Assembly (NCBI GenBank): GCA_963740315.1 | Contig: CAVUDP010000001.1 | Coordinates: 896,001 to 960,000 of the forward strand | DNA from: an uncultured cyanobacterium | GTDB taxonomy: Bacteria; Cyanobacteriota; Cyanobacteriia; Cyanobacteriales; Nostocaceae | DNA: 64,000 nucleotides | Direction of reading: 5' to 3' | Shown here: positions 62,951 through 64,000 of the stretch, piece after piece | How positions within the stretch are numbered: the stretch's first letter is position 1 | Layout: each line of letters opens with the position of its first letter | Position numbers and translations under genes: made by a program | The notes under the pieces: generated by a model | Databases searched by the model: none | What the model saw: only the letters and a program-made list of their open reading frames with translations | Told to the model about the DNA's origin: nothing

Positions 62951-64000
62951 ATGCGAACTTACTATTGCGGCGAAATCCGTTCATCTAATATCGGAGAAAC
63001 TGTTACTTTATATGGATGGGTTGACCGTCGCCGCGATCATGGGGGTGTGATATTTTTAGACTTGCGCGATCGCACTGGCATTGTGCAAATTGTCAGCGAT
63101 CCACAACGAACTCCTGATTCTTACGAAGAGGCGAGTAAACTGCGCTCGGAGTATGTTGTCGAAGTCACGGGTAGAGTATCGCAACGCCCGGATGATTCCC
63201 TTAATTCCCGCTTACCCACGGGTGAAGTTGAAATTTACGTCGATAAGATTGAACTGCTCAATGCGGTGCGATCGCAATTACCTTTCCAAGTTTCTACTGC
63301 TGATACCGAACCCGTGCGGGAAGATTTACGACTAAAATATCGTTATTTGGATTTGCGTCGGGAACGTATGGCGGGTAATCTCAAATTACGCCATCAAGTT
63401 GTTAAAGCTATTCGTCGCTACCTGGAAGATGAAGAAAACTTTATCGAAGTTGAAACTCCAATATTAACTCGTTCGACTCCGGAAGGCGCACGGGATTTTC
63501 TTTTACCAAGTCGCGTTAATGGCGGTGAATGGTTCGCTTTACCCCAGTCACCGCAACTATTCAAGCAGATTCTGATGGTATCGGGTACGGATCGATATTA
63601 TCAAATTGCCCGTTGCTTCCGCGATGAAGATTTACGCGCTGACAGACAACCGGAATTTACTCAGTTGGATATGGAAATGAGTTTCATGTCTGTTGAGGAA
63701 ATTATCGCACTTAACGAAAAGTTGGTTGCTCATATCTTCAAAACTGTTAAAAATATCGATCTACCACGCAACTTTCCACGTCTTACCTACGCCGAAGCAA
63801 TCGAACGTTACGGCAGCGATAAACCCGATACACGCTACGATTTAGAACTAGTTAATGTCTCGGATTTACTCAAAGATAGCGGTTTTAAGGTATTCCGCGA
63901 TGCTGTTGCCAAAGGCGGCATTATCAAAATTCTTCCCATCCCCGGCGGCGATGTCATATCTAATGTCCGTATCAAACCGGGTGGCGATATCTTTAAAGAA
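62951..64000 (+). CDS. aspS: Aspartate--tRNA ligase, 5' part (runs off the window)
   Basis: Not in the ORF track; read by hand as [64 protein letters not shown]. Confidence 0.97.
   Translation, partial: MRTYYCGEIRSSNIGETVTLYGWVDRRRDHGGVIFLDLRDRTGIVQIVSDPQRTPDSYEEASKLRSEYVVEVTGRVSQRPDDSLNSRLPTGEVEIYVDKIELLNAVRSQLPFQVSTADTEPVREDLRLKYRYLDLRRERMAGNLKLRHQVVKAIRRYLEDEENFIEVETPILTRSTPEGARDFLLPSRVNGGEWFALPQSPQLFKQILMVSGTDRYYQIARCFRDEDLRADRQPEFTQLDMEMSFMSVEEIIALNEKLVAHIFKTVKNIDLPRNFPRLTYAEAIERYGSDKPDTRYDLELVNVSDLLKDSGFKVFRDAVAKGGIIKILPIPGGDVISNVRIKPGGDIFKE

Noticed and set aside
1..64000. tRNA, rRNA, integrase or prophage
   Set aside because: No cloverleaf or rRNA signatures and no phage structural or integrase genes recognised by eye; a covariance search was not possible

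Overview
Chromosomal window from a filamentous, probably heterocyst-forming cyanobacterium (inferred from HIP1 octamers GCGATCGC, STRR-type tandem repeats and chlI; Nostocales/Rivularia-like is a guess). It carries housekeeping genes (chlI, truB, dapF, dapL, hfq, ggt, htpX, 5' part of aspS), signalling and secreted proteins (CHASE2 kinase, hybrid histidine kinase, S8 and M4 proteases with emfourin, two tandem FHA-like exoproteins), and dense intergenic heptamer/octamer tracts, REP-like palindromes and MITEs, some nested. No rRNA, tRNA or CRISPR array was seen. Main points of interest: (1) a TnpB-only IS607-type element inserted in a heptamer repeat, inactivated by a 5-bp duplication, with a structured leader resembling a minimal group I intron core; (2) a secreted RGSGR peptide (PatX-like) upstream of two orphan genes; (3) a reversal of third-codon-position strand bias across genes flanked by G-rich tracts; (4) an ATPase plus TPR-STAND module with a frameshift inside a simple repeat; (5) an extremely Arg-rich secreted prepropeptide. 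All calls were made by eye, with no database searches.
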